Shown here: piece by piece, positions 11,403 to 22,020 of the stretch
Position numbering within the stretch: position 1 is the first letter of the stretch
Layout: each line of letters starts with the position of its first letter
Assembly (NCBI GenBank): GCA_051294375.1
Contig: CM119264.1
Coordinates: 17,372,278-17,436,277, forward strand
Direction: 5' to 3'
Length of the DNA stretch: 64,000 bases
DNA from: Paraspadella gotoi
Lineage: Eukaryota > Animalia > Chaetognatha
Program-made: the position numbers and the translations under genes
The notes under the pieces: generated by a model
What the model was told of the DNA's origin: nothing
Seen by the model: only the letters and a program-made list of their open reading frames with translations
Database searches by the model: none

Positions 11403-12640
11403 TTGACTTTAGTAAACCTTGATAATATCAATCATGAAGGTATTGCAGGAGAAATTAGCATCAAAGATTTTCATCAGAACATTCCTGATCATTCAAAAAA
11501 AGCAAAAAACGTACCAGGTTTTAAGAAAAGAATATCAAATGATCATTCCATTCCTATTATTTCGTTATATGACCATTTCGCACAATCTTATACAAGTGTT
11601 ACTAACCAACAATGAAAAGTTATTAGCTGGAAATTCTCAAAGTCATAATTCTGTTATGAAAGATATTACTTATCTTGTTCATATGATTTTATTTGCAAAT
11701 TCGTATGAGGCGATAGAAAACGTTCCTGTGACAGAATCAGAAATCAAATTATAGGAAAATTTCAGAACAGGGACTCTAAAACTTGAATTAGTTTTAGAGA
11801 AAAGCAATGCCATAAAGTTTTCATTAAAATTCAGGTGTTTAGGTATGCTTAATTCAGGAACTTTATTATACTGTTCTGTAGTTAAAAAAGTTGCTAAATA
11901 TCTTGGCAGTGATCCTGTACACAAATATGAGAAAGTTTTAGAAGATATTAAAACTATTATGAAACCAGTTCAAATCTTACAAAAAATAAATCAGAAAGAA
12001 AAAAGTAAATGAAACACATTTTTTAGATAAATTCTCCATTGCACCATATATCGAAGTTTTGCAATATCCTGAAAACATTTATAATTTTATTTATCTTATT
12101 ATTGCTCAGTGGAAATTTCCTTTGAAAAATGAGTTACTCCATATATTCAAACTTTGCAAAGGATTTATTGCTCTCACCATCATTTTGCATAATGCCAGTC
12201 GAGGAATGGAACTGATCCACTGATCCAATAAGTAGAGAACCCTGAGTTTTTTATTTTTGAGTTGCGTGAAACGAAAACAACTGCAGGGCATTTGAAAAAT
12301 AGAATCCACATAGAAACTGCCTCCAGAGTTTTTCCAGGAACAAAAATTTGGTTTTTAAAAAAATATTTTGAAGCTAGAATAGCGCAAGAGAGCAGTGTAC
12401 TGATATTTTTTATTAACAAATATGGGAAACTAGCAAGTATTACATATGTAAGAAATCAGAATATTTTTTTAAAAGTCATGATCAAATCTAGGTTGGGCAG
12501 AAAATAATTCGAAAGTATATGGAAACTAAAAATATAGTAACATACCATAACAAGATTTCACTAGGAGTAAATCCACAAGTAGCATATGCTGAAAAAACAT
12601 CTCTTTCTACTCAGATCATAATAAGAATATATTAAGTCAC
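11403..12640 (+). pseudogene. Decayed tyrosine-recombinase-like ORF (Crypton/YR-element-like)
   Basis: Across stops and frameshifts it reads FIALTIILHNASRGMELIH (box I Arg at 12200), ELRETKTT (Lys), LKKYFEAR, FFINKYGK, IKSRLGRK (box II) in the expected order. The final His/Tyr is not clearly recoverable. Confidence 0.5.
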
Positions 12641-12737
12641 TATCAACTTATTTCACAAGAAGTAGCAGCTTCAGCAGGCAAGAATAAATAAAATCATACA
12701 GACAGATTTGAATAAACACAATGAAAAGTTATTAAAA

Positions 12738-13318
12738 GCCAGTCATGACAAGACACGACCGTGGCCATGGGAATCGACGAGATGATATCTGGCTTCTGCC
12801 TCGCCCGCGAAGAAAAAAGATCGAATTTGAGGAATATCGCGATTATTTTTAACGTTAGAAACGTCGCCAGAGAGAGAATTTGTGCCTCTCGAAAACCCGC
12901 GGACGTTCAACGCTTTTATTTTAATGTTTGTGTGCCTCTTGAGAATTCGTTTTACTTTTCATTGGCTGACTTTAGTCTTTATCAAGGACGTTAGGATTTT
13001 GGAACGGTTGGTAAATTTCTTTATCAACAAATAAAAATGGCGGAATGAGTTTATAAAATCGAAGGTGAAATTAACGAGATTAATTTCAACGGTAAAAGGT
13101 TAAAAGATGAGTTTAAAATGACTTTAAAATTAAACCACCAACGCTGTGTTAAAAGCGTTTAACGTCCGCGGGTTTTCGAGAGGCACAAATTCTTTCTCTC
13201 GCGACGTTTCTATCGTTAAAAATAATCGCGATATTCTTCAAATTCGATCTTTTTTCTTCGCGGGAAACGGGCGAGGCAGAAGCCAGATATCATCTCGTCG
13301 TGTCTTGTCATGACCGGC
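12738..13318. mobile_element. MITE with ~170-bp terminal inverted repeats
   Basis: GCCAGTCATGACAAGACACGAC...CCCGCGGACGTTCAACGCTTT mirrors AAAGCGTTTAACGTCCGCGGG...GTCGTGTCTTGTCATGACCGGC. Non-coding interior; no clear TSD. Confidence 0.88.
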
Positions 13319-13475
13319 GTAACAGTATGTTTTAGTGGTTATTAAAACTTAAAATTAAAAACATAATTTAATGAAATAATCATAATATTGATTTTTATTC
13401 TCATTACAAGTAAATGTGGAGGAAATTAGATTTAAGTTTATGTGTAGGTGACCTAATAATTGTAAATTTTTTTAG

Positions 13476-14160
13476 GTACTTCAAGAAATGTGGAACCAGT
13501 TAATGCTCCCAAATTATTATCACATTCTTCAGAAGAATTAGAAGATTCAGGTAAATTTGTTATCTAAAATTGACTTATAAAGATTATTAAAGTTTATTTA
13601 TGTACATATGTTTAAATATTCATTAAAGTTTAAATAACCTTAGCTCATTTCTGTCTTGGTAATGACCTTTTGGAGGAAGATAATATTATAATTCTAGATC
13701 ACGTTGATGGCAACGATTGTTTTGATGGACCTAAAGTTTCTGCAGGTGAGTAATTATTATGTTTCTTCAAAATTAATGATTTTTTTATAATATTTATTAA
13801 AACTTTTTTTCAGAGAGGCGGCAAAAAGAAGAATAGAAGAGTCTGTAACAGAAATCGGGAGTGATGAAGATGTTAAGTGCATCAAAATGATTGTCCAACC
13901 ACAATTGAGCAGTAGACAAGAAAAAATTGAACGACGTTTTAAGAATATCTGTGAAGAGGCAGGCGTGAAGTATAGTTCTCCAACTTTAGATGAGGATAAA
14001 TTTTTAAATAAAGAAACCCAAATAAATTTAAAACCTCACTATTTGGCTAGACTTCGCCATATGAGGATGAAATTTCATTTAAAAAAAAACTTGATGAGAA
14101 ATTTGAAGATACATGGACCAGGATTTTCGGTTGGACCAGTTCTGAAAAGGGAAGTTGCGC
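13476..14160 (+). pseudogene. Three exon-like segments (13476-13550, 13644-13745, ~13814 onward) of an unidentified, probably decayed spliced gene
   Basis: TTTAG/GT and CAG/GTGAGT boundaries with short AT-rich introns. Reads GTSRNVEPVNAPKLLSHSSEELEDS, HFCLGNDLLEEDNIIILDHVDGNDCFDGPKVSA, KRRIEESVTEIGSDEDVKCIKMIVQPQLSSRQEKIERRFKNICEEAG. The third junction needs an indel or a GAG acceptor. Confidence 0.45.
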
Positions 14161-14416
14161 TGATAAAAATGAATAAATCTTGTTTTATTAAATATATTTT
14201 TATGCTCAAAGCTATGTTTGTTTTTAAAACTGTATGATTACAAATTCTTTTATTGTTACTGAAAATAGATACAATAAGTTAAAAAGATGTCTTTTTATTC
14301 ATGTTACATAATAAACCAAGTAGGTTAATGATTTTAAGGTAGAAAAGAAATTCAGTGCATATGCCTTAAAAAAGCTTTTTTTTTTCGAAGAAAATAAGTT
14401 TTAGAATAGAAGAAAC

Positions 14417-14453
14417 GCTGATGAAGGCTTATACATAAAGCCGAAACATGTCC
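14417..14453 (+). ncRNA. Minimal type I hammerhead ribozyme with weakened stem I
   Basis: G CUGAUGA A GGCUU-AUACAUA-AAGCC GAAA CAUG UC C, followed by the tail AAAAAATCGTTGTAAATAAAC..AAACTTTGTT related to the tail of the 11216-11260 copy. Confidence 0.75.
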
Positions 14454-14773
14454 CTATGTGAAATAAAAAATCGTTGTAAATAAACAAATAAACTTTGTTT
14501 TTCTCTGAATAGAAGAAAAAAAATTTATCAAGATTATTATATGAAAATAAAATATACACATTATGATTTTGCCAATGAATAAATCGAATTCAATAGAAGA
14601 AATAAATTTAAACAGAAATATATTTTTAAAGGAAGAAATTTGCACAGGAATAATTTGCACAGGAATGAATATGCACAGGAATACATTTGTAACATAAAGA
14701 ATTTGCACAGGAATGAATTTGCATCATTTTTAAAAATTCTTTAAGTGGGTTAAAAATTTAAAAAAACTATATT

Positions 14774-15004
14774 TTGAAGACACAGTAATTATTGATAAGT
14801 GTTAATAACAGAACCGTTCAATATAAACAGTCCCTGAGCTTCGGATCAGGCTGTAACACCATGTTACAGATAGGTTAAGCGCCCCGTCCCTCTTAACTGC
14901 CAGACGACCACCGGGCTAGAACCCCGGACCTTTGGGTTGGGAGGCGAATGACTTGCCTCCGGCACCAATGGCCGCTGATAAACGGTTGGTGGATTTTAGT
15001 CCAC
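14774..15004 (-). mobile_element. tRNA(Gly)-like SINE
   Basis: Reverse complement of 35298-35528. A-box-like TGGTGCCGGAGG, B-box GGTTCTAGCCC, and TCGCCTCCCA resembling the tRNA-Gly anticodon arm. Confidence 0.75.
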
Positions 15005-15380
15005 ATAATTTAATATATAAAATTTCATTTTTCAGCTGAAAATATAGGTTTTTTATATTTAATATTTGATATTTTAAAAAAGAGTTATATTTCTTTATAA
15101 TTCTTCATAATTCGATGTTCTGACATGATATAAGTGAATGCCCGACAAGATTGAGAGGGCGGACCGACGGACCGACAAAGTTAATTATATCAAAAACATA
15201 ATCTTTTGAAGAAAAAATTACAACGAAAACGGTTTTTGTACGAAGTTTAAATCACCGATTTCGGGAGTTCGATTAAGAATTAAATAAGATGCAAAGAGGA
15301 AGTGAATATATCGAGGAAGAATAAAAAGGAAAGAAAAATATTTGTTTTGCGCTCTGCCCTAAAAAAAAAAAAAAAGAAGG

Positions 15381-15963
15381 TCTAACAGAGGGATATCTCT
15401 GTGTTGATGATGGTTACCCTGATTATACATGACATCGGTTACTATAGGTTCAGTGGATAATTATTCAGTGACTTACTTAATGGTTTGAAGGCTACTTGAC
15501 TGGCTTCTTGGTAAGACTAATGAACTAGAGAGTTAGGCTTGCAATGTATTCAAGTATAGACCTATGAAAAGATAGCAATTACATGTTATTATCTTAATGG
15601 ATGCTAAACCTAAGTGTTGAGCTAGCAAGAGCATAGTGGTTCAAAACCGACCCTTGTAATCCTAGCTGACTAAGGGATAATTCTCTGAGAATATATTTTC
15701 TTTACTAAACATAGAAAGGTCAGCTGGAATATCAAGAATAATTAAAGTAATAAACTAGCAATTATGACAATTAAATCATTAATTATTTAGCTATTAATTG
15801 AACCACAAATAAACATGATCATTTACTAATGTAAAATAATAATATTAAACCTTTAAGGTAATAGAACAAAAATTTATCAAAGCTTAATCAGAATACGACA
15901 TATTGCAAATGAGATTGAGGATCTCAATCTCATTTCAGACAATTCACAAATTAATCTGCTACA
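15381..15963 (-). repeat. LTR (3'-most copy)
   Basis: TCTAACAGAGGG...AATCTGCTACA, repeated at 17980, 22021, 24988 (partial) and 26469. Confidence 0.8.
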
Positions 15964-17963
15964 GAGCGTCACAACCACGGGAAATTAAAACGTCCTCATT
16001 TTATAAAGTTCTTGACAAAACGGAGTAGCAGGCCAAACGCAATGAATGAAAGTTCCTTTAGTGTAAGAGAGAAACGATGAGTGGTTGGCGATAAGATGAC
16101 CACAAATTGTAGATGAGAAATTAACGATTGATGAAAGGTTGGAGATAAAAAAATTTGATGATGAAGAGATCACAAATTGAAGAGCTGTCCAACTGCACAT
16201 CTTGCGTCAAAGCTAGCAGAAAGGGCAGCGACGAGAACATAAACGTGAAAAATGGTATATACACAATAGTTTTTTTTTTTTTTTTTTGTTTTTTTTTGGA
16301 AGAACAAATTTTATGATGTCGCAAATGGAAGAAGCACTTGAAAGTTTTTTTTGGTTTTTTTTCTCTCTCTTCTCTTTTTTCTTTCTCTTTGTTTTCTCTT
16401 TTTCTTTCTTTTTTCTATCTCTTCTTTTTGGAAAATGGAAAAAACGGCCTGACCAGTCAATTTAAATACCATTTTTGGGCATGATAAAATGAAAATTTCG
16501 ATTGCGCTCTACCTCCGTTGGCTTCCCAAGACACCAAGCTTTCAGAATCTGCCCATATTGAAATAATTTTTTTCGCCCATGACTATGCAGTTTTGAATAG
16601 AAGTGAAATATAAAGGAATCTTGATCGGAGCTTCGATTTGAACAATGCGCAACCCTAATTTCACTCATCGAAAGCACTTATTTTTCCCGCCTTAAAATGC
16701 AAAAAGGCGTGTCCGTTGGTGGCGCTGTCGCAGCCCAGATGCCCGCACTGCAGGCAGAGCCATATCGTTGGCGTCATGGCCGAGGGGAATGAGTGGCGTC
16801 GAGACAAGAGGTGCAGTCGCCCAAACGCCGATTTGGTTCAACGCCTTTTCAACGTCGTTTAAGTTGATATACTTGTTAGCATGGGGGCAAATCATGCCAG
16901 ATTTGACGGCAATGGTTTGAGTTCCGGAATCACCACCCGTCCCCGAGAGGCGGGCGTGGCACAACCCGCATTTGAGACGCTGGCCAATGGTGTCGAAGAT
17001 GCCGCCCGACAAGACTTTTTTTTCTTCTTTTTCTTCTTCAATTAAAAAGTTTTCAGTAATAATAATCTATAGAGCTTGGATTAGGGAACGGCTGAATTGT
17101 ATATAAAAAAAAGGAAACTCATTTAAATGTGGGTTAAATAAAACTTGAATGGTGATTAATGGAAATGGAGGAAACACACAAAAAAAAAATTTAACTAAAT
17201 TGAATGAAATTTAAAAAAAAAATTTGAAACTGAAAGTCTAACGGTAGGCAGGCACTGATGAACGTAGTTGAGAACGGTAGAGAAAAATAAATTGGAAAAA
17301 AGTTTGTTATGCTTTCAGTCCATATGGCCTCTTTATCTCATCTCCCCACAGAGATAAGCTCAGAAAAGGTGAACGAGCCAGAGCGACGAAATAGACGTGA
17401 TGAATGGACGAAGTAAACGAAGTGGACGGAATGAATAAACGATGAGAGTTGTAGACGGAGTAAGCACAGGAGAGCACCATTTTCGTGACGTATTGTAGTA
17501 GTGGTTGGCCTTGTAGAGGTAGGGCGTTCTCCTAATGTGCTAGGAGTAGAGAGACGGTAATGAAGAAGCGACGTGGAAGTTGTTGTAACGAAGTTGTAGA
17601 GGGCTGGAACAGTCTCCTCCAACTGGGCCTATAATGGACACAGAAAATGAAAGGATGTTGAGGTACCAAAGAGTGACACTTTATTTGTGGGATAAAGTTG
17701 CATTAACCAATACTGCCACTATTTCTCCAAAGTTGTTTGCTGTCATTAAGCCGGGAGAACGGCGTGAAATAAGATGATTTACCTTTGTGATGAAATAGTG
17801 TTCCAAATGAGTAAGACTTGAGAGAGAGTTGACACATGTCAAAAGAATGAGTAGCCTGTAAGTGATTCCGTTAAAGCATTTTTAAATTTTCAAATGAAAT
17901 TCTAAATAGTTAACTAGAATGAATAAGCCTAGTTTTTTCATCTTGGAAACTGAAATTCCAAAA

Positions 17964-17978
17964 CCGGTCAATGCACCA
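17964..17978 (-). promoter_or_regulatory. Primer-binding site complementary to the tRNA-Gly 3' end
   Basis: Minus strand TGGTGCATTGACCGG against the metazoan tRNA-Gly 3' end CCGGCCAATGCACCA (one difference, from memory). Same motif at 24972-24986 and 26453-26467. Confidence 0.8.
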
Positions 17979-17979
17979 C

Positions 17980-18560
17980 TCTAACAGAGGGATATCTCTG
18001 TTGTGATGATGGTTACCCTGATTATACATGACATCGGTTACTATAGGTTCAGTGGATAATTATTCAGTGACTTACTTAATGGTTTGAAAGCTACTTGACT
18101 GGCTTCTTGGTAAGACTAATGAACTAGAGAGTTAGGCTTGCAATGTATTCAAGTATAGACCTATAAAAAGATAGCAATTACATGTTATTATCTTAATGGA
18201 TGCTAAACCTAAGTGTTGATCTAACAAGAGCATAGTGGTTCAAAACCGACCCTTGTAATCCTTGCTGATTAGGATAATTCTCTGAGAATATATTTTCTTT
18301 ACTAAACATAGAAAGGTCAGCTGGAATCACAAGAATAATTAAAGTAATAAACTAGCAATTATGACAATTAAATCATTAATTATTTAGCTATTAATTGAAC
18401 CACAAATAAACATGATCATTTACTAATGTAAAATAATAATATTAAACCTTTAAGGTAATAGAACAAAAATTTATCAAAGCTTAATCAGAATACGACAATA
18501 TGCAAATGAGATTGAGGATCTCAATCTCATTTCAGACAATTCACAAATTAATCTGCTACA
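17980..18560 (-). repeat. LTR shared between tandem units
   Basis: PBS on its left and the 3' interior (GAGCGTCACAACC) on its right. Confidence 0.8.
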
Positions 18561-19386
18561 GAGCGTCACAACCACGGGAAATTAAAACGTCCTCATTTTA
18601 TAAAGTTCTTGACAAAACGGAGTAGCAGGCCAAACGCAATGAATGAAAGTTCCTTTAGTGTAAGAGAGAAACGATGAGTGGTTGGCGATAAGATGACCAC
18701 AAATTGTAGATGAGAAATTAACGATTGATGAAAGGTTGGAGATAAAGAAAATTTGATGATGAAGAGATCACAAATTGAAGAGCTGTCCAACTGCACATCT
18801 TGCGTCAAAGCTAGCAGAAAGGGCAGCGACGAGAACATAAACGTGAAAAATGGTATATACACAATAGTTTTTTTGTTTTTTTGTTTTTTTTTTGGAAGAA
18901 CAAATTTTATGATGTCGCAAATGGAAGAAGCACTTGAAAGTTTTTTTTGGTTTTTTTTTCTCTCTTCTTCTCTTTTTTCTTTCTCTTTGTTTTCTCTTTT
19001 TCTTTCTTTTTTCTATCTCTTCTTTTTTGGGAAAATGGAAAAAACGGCCTGACCAGTCAATTTAAATACCATTTTTGGGCATGATAAAATGAAAATTTCG
19101 ATTGCGCTCTACCTCCGTTGGCTTCCCAAGACACCAAGCTTTCAGAATCTGCCCATATTGAAATAATTTTTTTCGCCCATGACTATGCAGTTTTGAATAG
19201 AAGTGAAATATAAAGGAAGAGAGAGGATAGCATATGCTGAAAAAACATCTCTTTCTACTCAGATCATAATAAGAAATATATTAAGTCACTATCAACTTAT
19301 TTCACAAGAAGTAGCAGCTTCAGCAGGCAAGAATAAATAAAATCATACAGACAGATTTGAATAAACACAATGAAAAGTTATTAAAA

Positions 19387-19966
19387 GCCAGTCATGACAA
19401 GACACGACCGTGGCCATGGGAATCGACGAGATGATATCTGGCTTCTGCCTCGCCCGCGAAGAAAAAAGATCGAATTTGAGGAATATCGCGATTATTTTTA
19501 ACGTTAGAAACGTCGCCAGAGAGAGAATTTGTGCCTCTCGAAAACCCGCGGACGTTCAACGCTTTTATTTTAATGTTTGTGTGCCTCTTGAGAATTCGTT
19601 TTACTTTTCATTGGCTGACTTTAGTCTTTATCAAGGACGTTAGGATTTTGGAACGGTTGGTAAATTTCTTTATCAACAAATAAAAATGGCGGAATGAGTT
19701 TATAAAATCGAAGGTGAAATTAACGAGATTAATTTCAACGGTAAAAGGTTAAAAGATGAGTTTAAAATGACTTTAAAATTAAACCACCAACGCTGTGTTA
19801 AAAGCGTTTAACGTCCGCGGGTTTTCGAGAGGCACAAATTCTTTCTCTCGCGACGTTTCTATCGTTAAAAATAATCGCGATATTCTTCAAATTCGATCTT
19901 TTTTCTTCGCGGGAAACGGCGAGGCAGAAGCCAGATATCATCTCGTCGTGTCTTGTCATGACCGGC
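19387..19966. mobile_element. MITE, duplicate of 12738-13318
   Basis: Same TIRs and interior. Confidence 0.88.
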
Positions 19967-21060
19967 GTAACAGTATGTTTTAGTGGTTATTAAAACTTAA
20001 AATTAAAAACATAATTTAATGAAATAATCATAATATTGATTTTTATTCTCATTACAAGTAAATGTGGAGGAAATTAGATTTAAGTTTATGTGTAGGTGAC
20101 CTAATAATTGTAAATTTTTTATAGGTACTTCAAGAAATGTGGAACCAGTTAATGCTCCCAAATTATTATCACATTCTTCAGAAGAATTAGAAGATTCAGG
20201 TAAATTTGTTATCTAAAATTGACTTATAAAGATTATAAAGTTTATTTATGTACATATGTTTAAATATTCATTAAAGTTTAAATAACCTTAGCTCATTTCT
20301 GTCTTGGTAATGACCTTTTGGAGGAAGATAATATTATAATTCTAGATCACGTTGATGGCAACGATTGTTTTGATGGACCTAAAGTTTCTGCAGGTGAGTA
20401 ATTATTATGTTTCTTCAAAATTAATGATTTTTTTATAATATTTATTAAAACTTTTTTTCAGAGAGGCGGCAAAAAGAAGAATAGAAGAGTCTGTAACAGA
20501 AATCGGGAGTGATGAAGATGTTAAGTGCATCAAAATGATTGTCCAACCACAATGAGCAGTAGACAAGAAAAAATTGAACGACGTTTTAAGAATATCTGTG
20601 AAGAGGCAGGCGTGAAGTATAGTTCTCCAACTTTAGATGAGGATAAATTTTTAAATAAAGAAACCCAAATAAATTTAAAACCTCACTATTTGGCTAGACT
20701 TCGCCATATGAGGATGAAATTTCATTTAAAAAAAAACTTGATGAGAAATTTGAAGATACATGGACCAGGATTTTCGGTTGGACCAGTTCTGAAAAGGAAG
20801 TTGCGCTGATAAAAATGAATAAATCTTGTTTTATTAAATATATTTTTATGCTCAAAGCTATGTTTGTTTTTAAAACTGTATGATTACAAATTCTTTTATT
20901 GTTACTGAAAATAGATACAATAAGTTAAAAAGATGTCTTTTTATTCATGTTACATAATAAACCAAGTAGGTTAATGATTTTAAGGTAGAAAAGAAATTCA
21001 GTGCATATGCCTTAAAAAACTTTTTTTTTCGAAGAAAATAAGTTTTAGAATAGAAGAAAC

Positions 21061-21097
21061 GCTGATGAAGGCTTATACATAAAGCCGAAACATGTCC
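21061..21097 (+). ncRNA. Hammerhead ribozyme, duplicate of 14417-14453
   Basis: GCTGATGAAGGCTTATACATAAAGCCGAAACATGTCC. Confidence 0.75.
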
Positions 21098-21415
21098 CTA
21101 TGTGAAATAAAAAATCGTTGTAAATAAACAAATAAACTTTGTTTTTCTCTGAATAGAAGAAAAAAATTTATCAAGATTATTATATGAAAATAAAATATAC
21201 ACATTATGATTTTGCCAATGAATAAATCGAATTCAATAGAAGAAATAAATTTAAACAGAATATATTTTTAAAGGAAGAAATTTGCACAGGAATAATTTGC
21301 ACAGGAATGAATATGCACAGGAATACATTTGTAACATAAAGAATTTGCACAGGAATGAATTTGCATCATTTTTAAAAATTCTTTAAGTGGGTTAAAAATT
21401 TAAAAAAACTATATT

Positions 21416-21647
21416 TTGAAGACACAGTAATTATTGATAAGTGTTAATAACAGAACCGTTCAATATAAACAGTCCCTGAGCTTCGGATCAGGCTGATAAC
21501 ACCATGTTACAGATAGGTTAAGCGCCCCGTCCCTCTTAACTGCCAGACGACCACCGGGCTAGAACCCCGGACCTTGGGTTGGGAGGCGAATGACTTGCCT
21601 CCGGCACCAATGGCCGCTGATAAACGGTTGGTGGATTTTATGTCCAC
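21416..21647 (-). mobile_element. tRNA(Gly)-like SINE, duplicate of 14774-15004
   Basis: Same sequence within the duplicated block. Confidence 0.75.
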
Positions 21648-22020
21648 ATAATTTAATATATAAAATTTCATTTTTCAGCTGAAAATATAGGTTTTTTATA
21701 TTTAATATTTGATATTTTAAAAAGAGTTATATTTCTTTATAATTCTTCATAATTCGATGTTCTGACATGATATAAGTGAATGCCCGACAAGATGAGAGGG
21801 CGGACCGACGGACCGACAAAGTTAATTATATCAAAAACATAATCTTTTGAAGAAAAAATTACAACGAAAACGGTTTTTGTACGAAGTTTAAATCACCGAT
21901 TTCGGGAGTTCGATTAAGAATTAAATAAGATGCAAAGAGGAAGTGAATATATCGAGGAAGAATAAAAAGGAAAGAAAAATATTTGTTTTGCGCTCTTGCT
22001 AAAAAAAAAAAAAAAAAGAG

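Larger units (their letters stand above)
15381..18560 (-). mobile_element. Non-autonomous LTR retroelement unit (LTR 17980-18560, PBS, ~2.0-kb interior without gag/pol, LTR 15381-15963); array continues to 19217
   Basis: Direct repeats of ~583 bp reading TGTAGCAGA...TCTGTTAGA on the minus strand; PBS 1 nt inside the upstream LTR; no retroelement ORF. Confidence 0.8.

Noticed and set aside
17255-17290. CTGATGA...GAAA inside the LTR element, suggesting a retrozyme
   Set aside because: No stem II closing G-C pair and no stem III or cleavage triplet; not a hammerhead.
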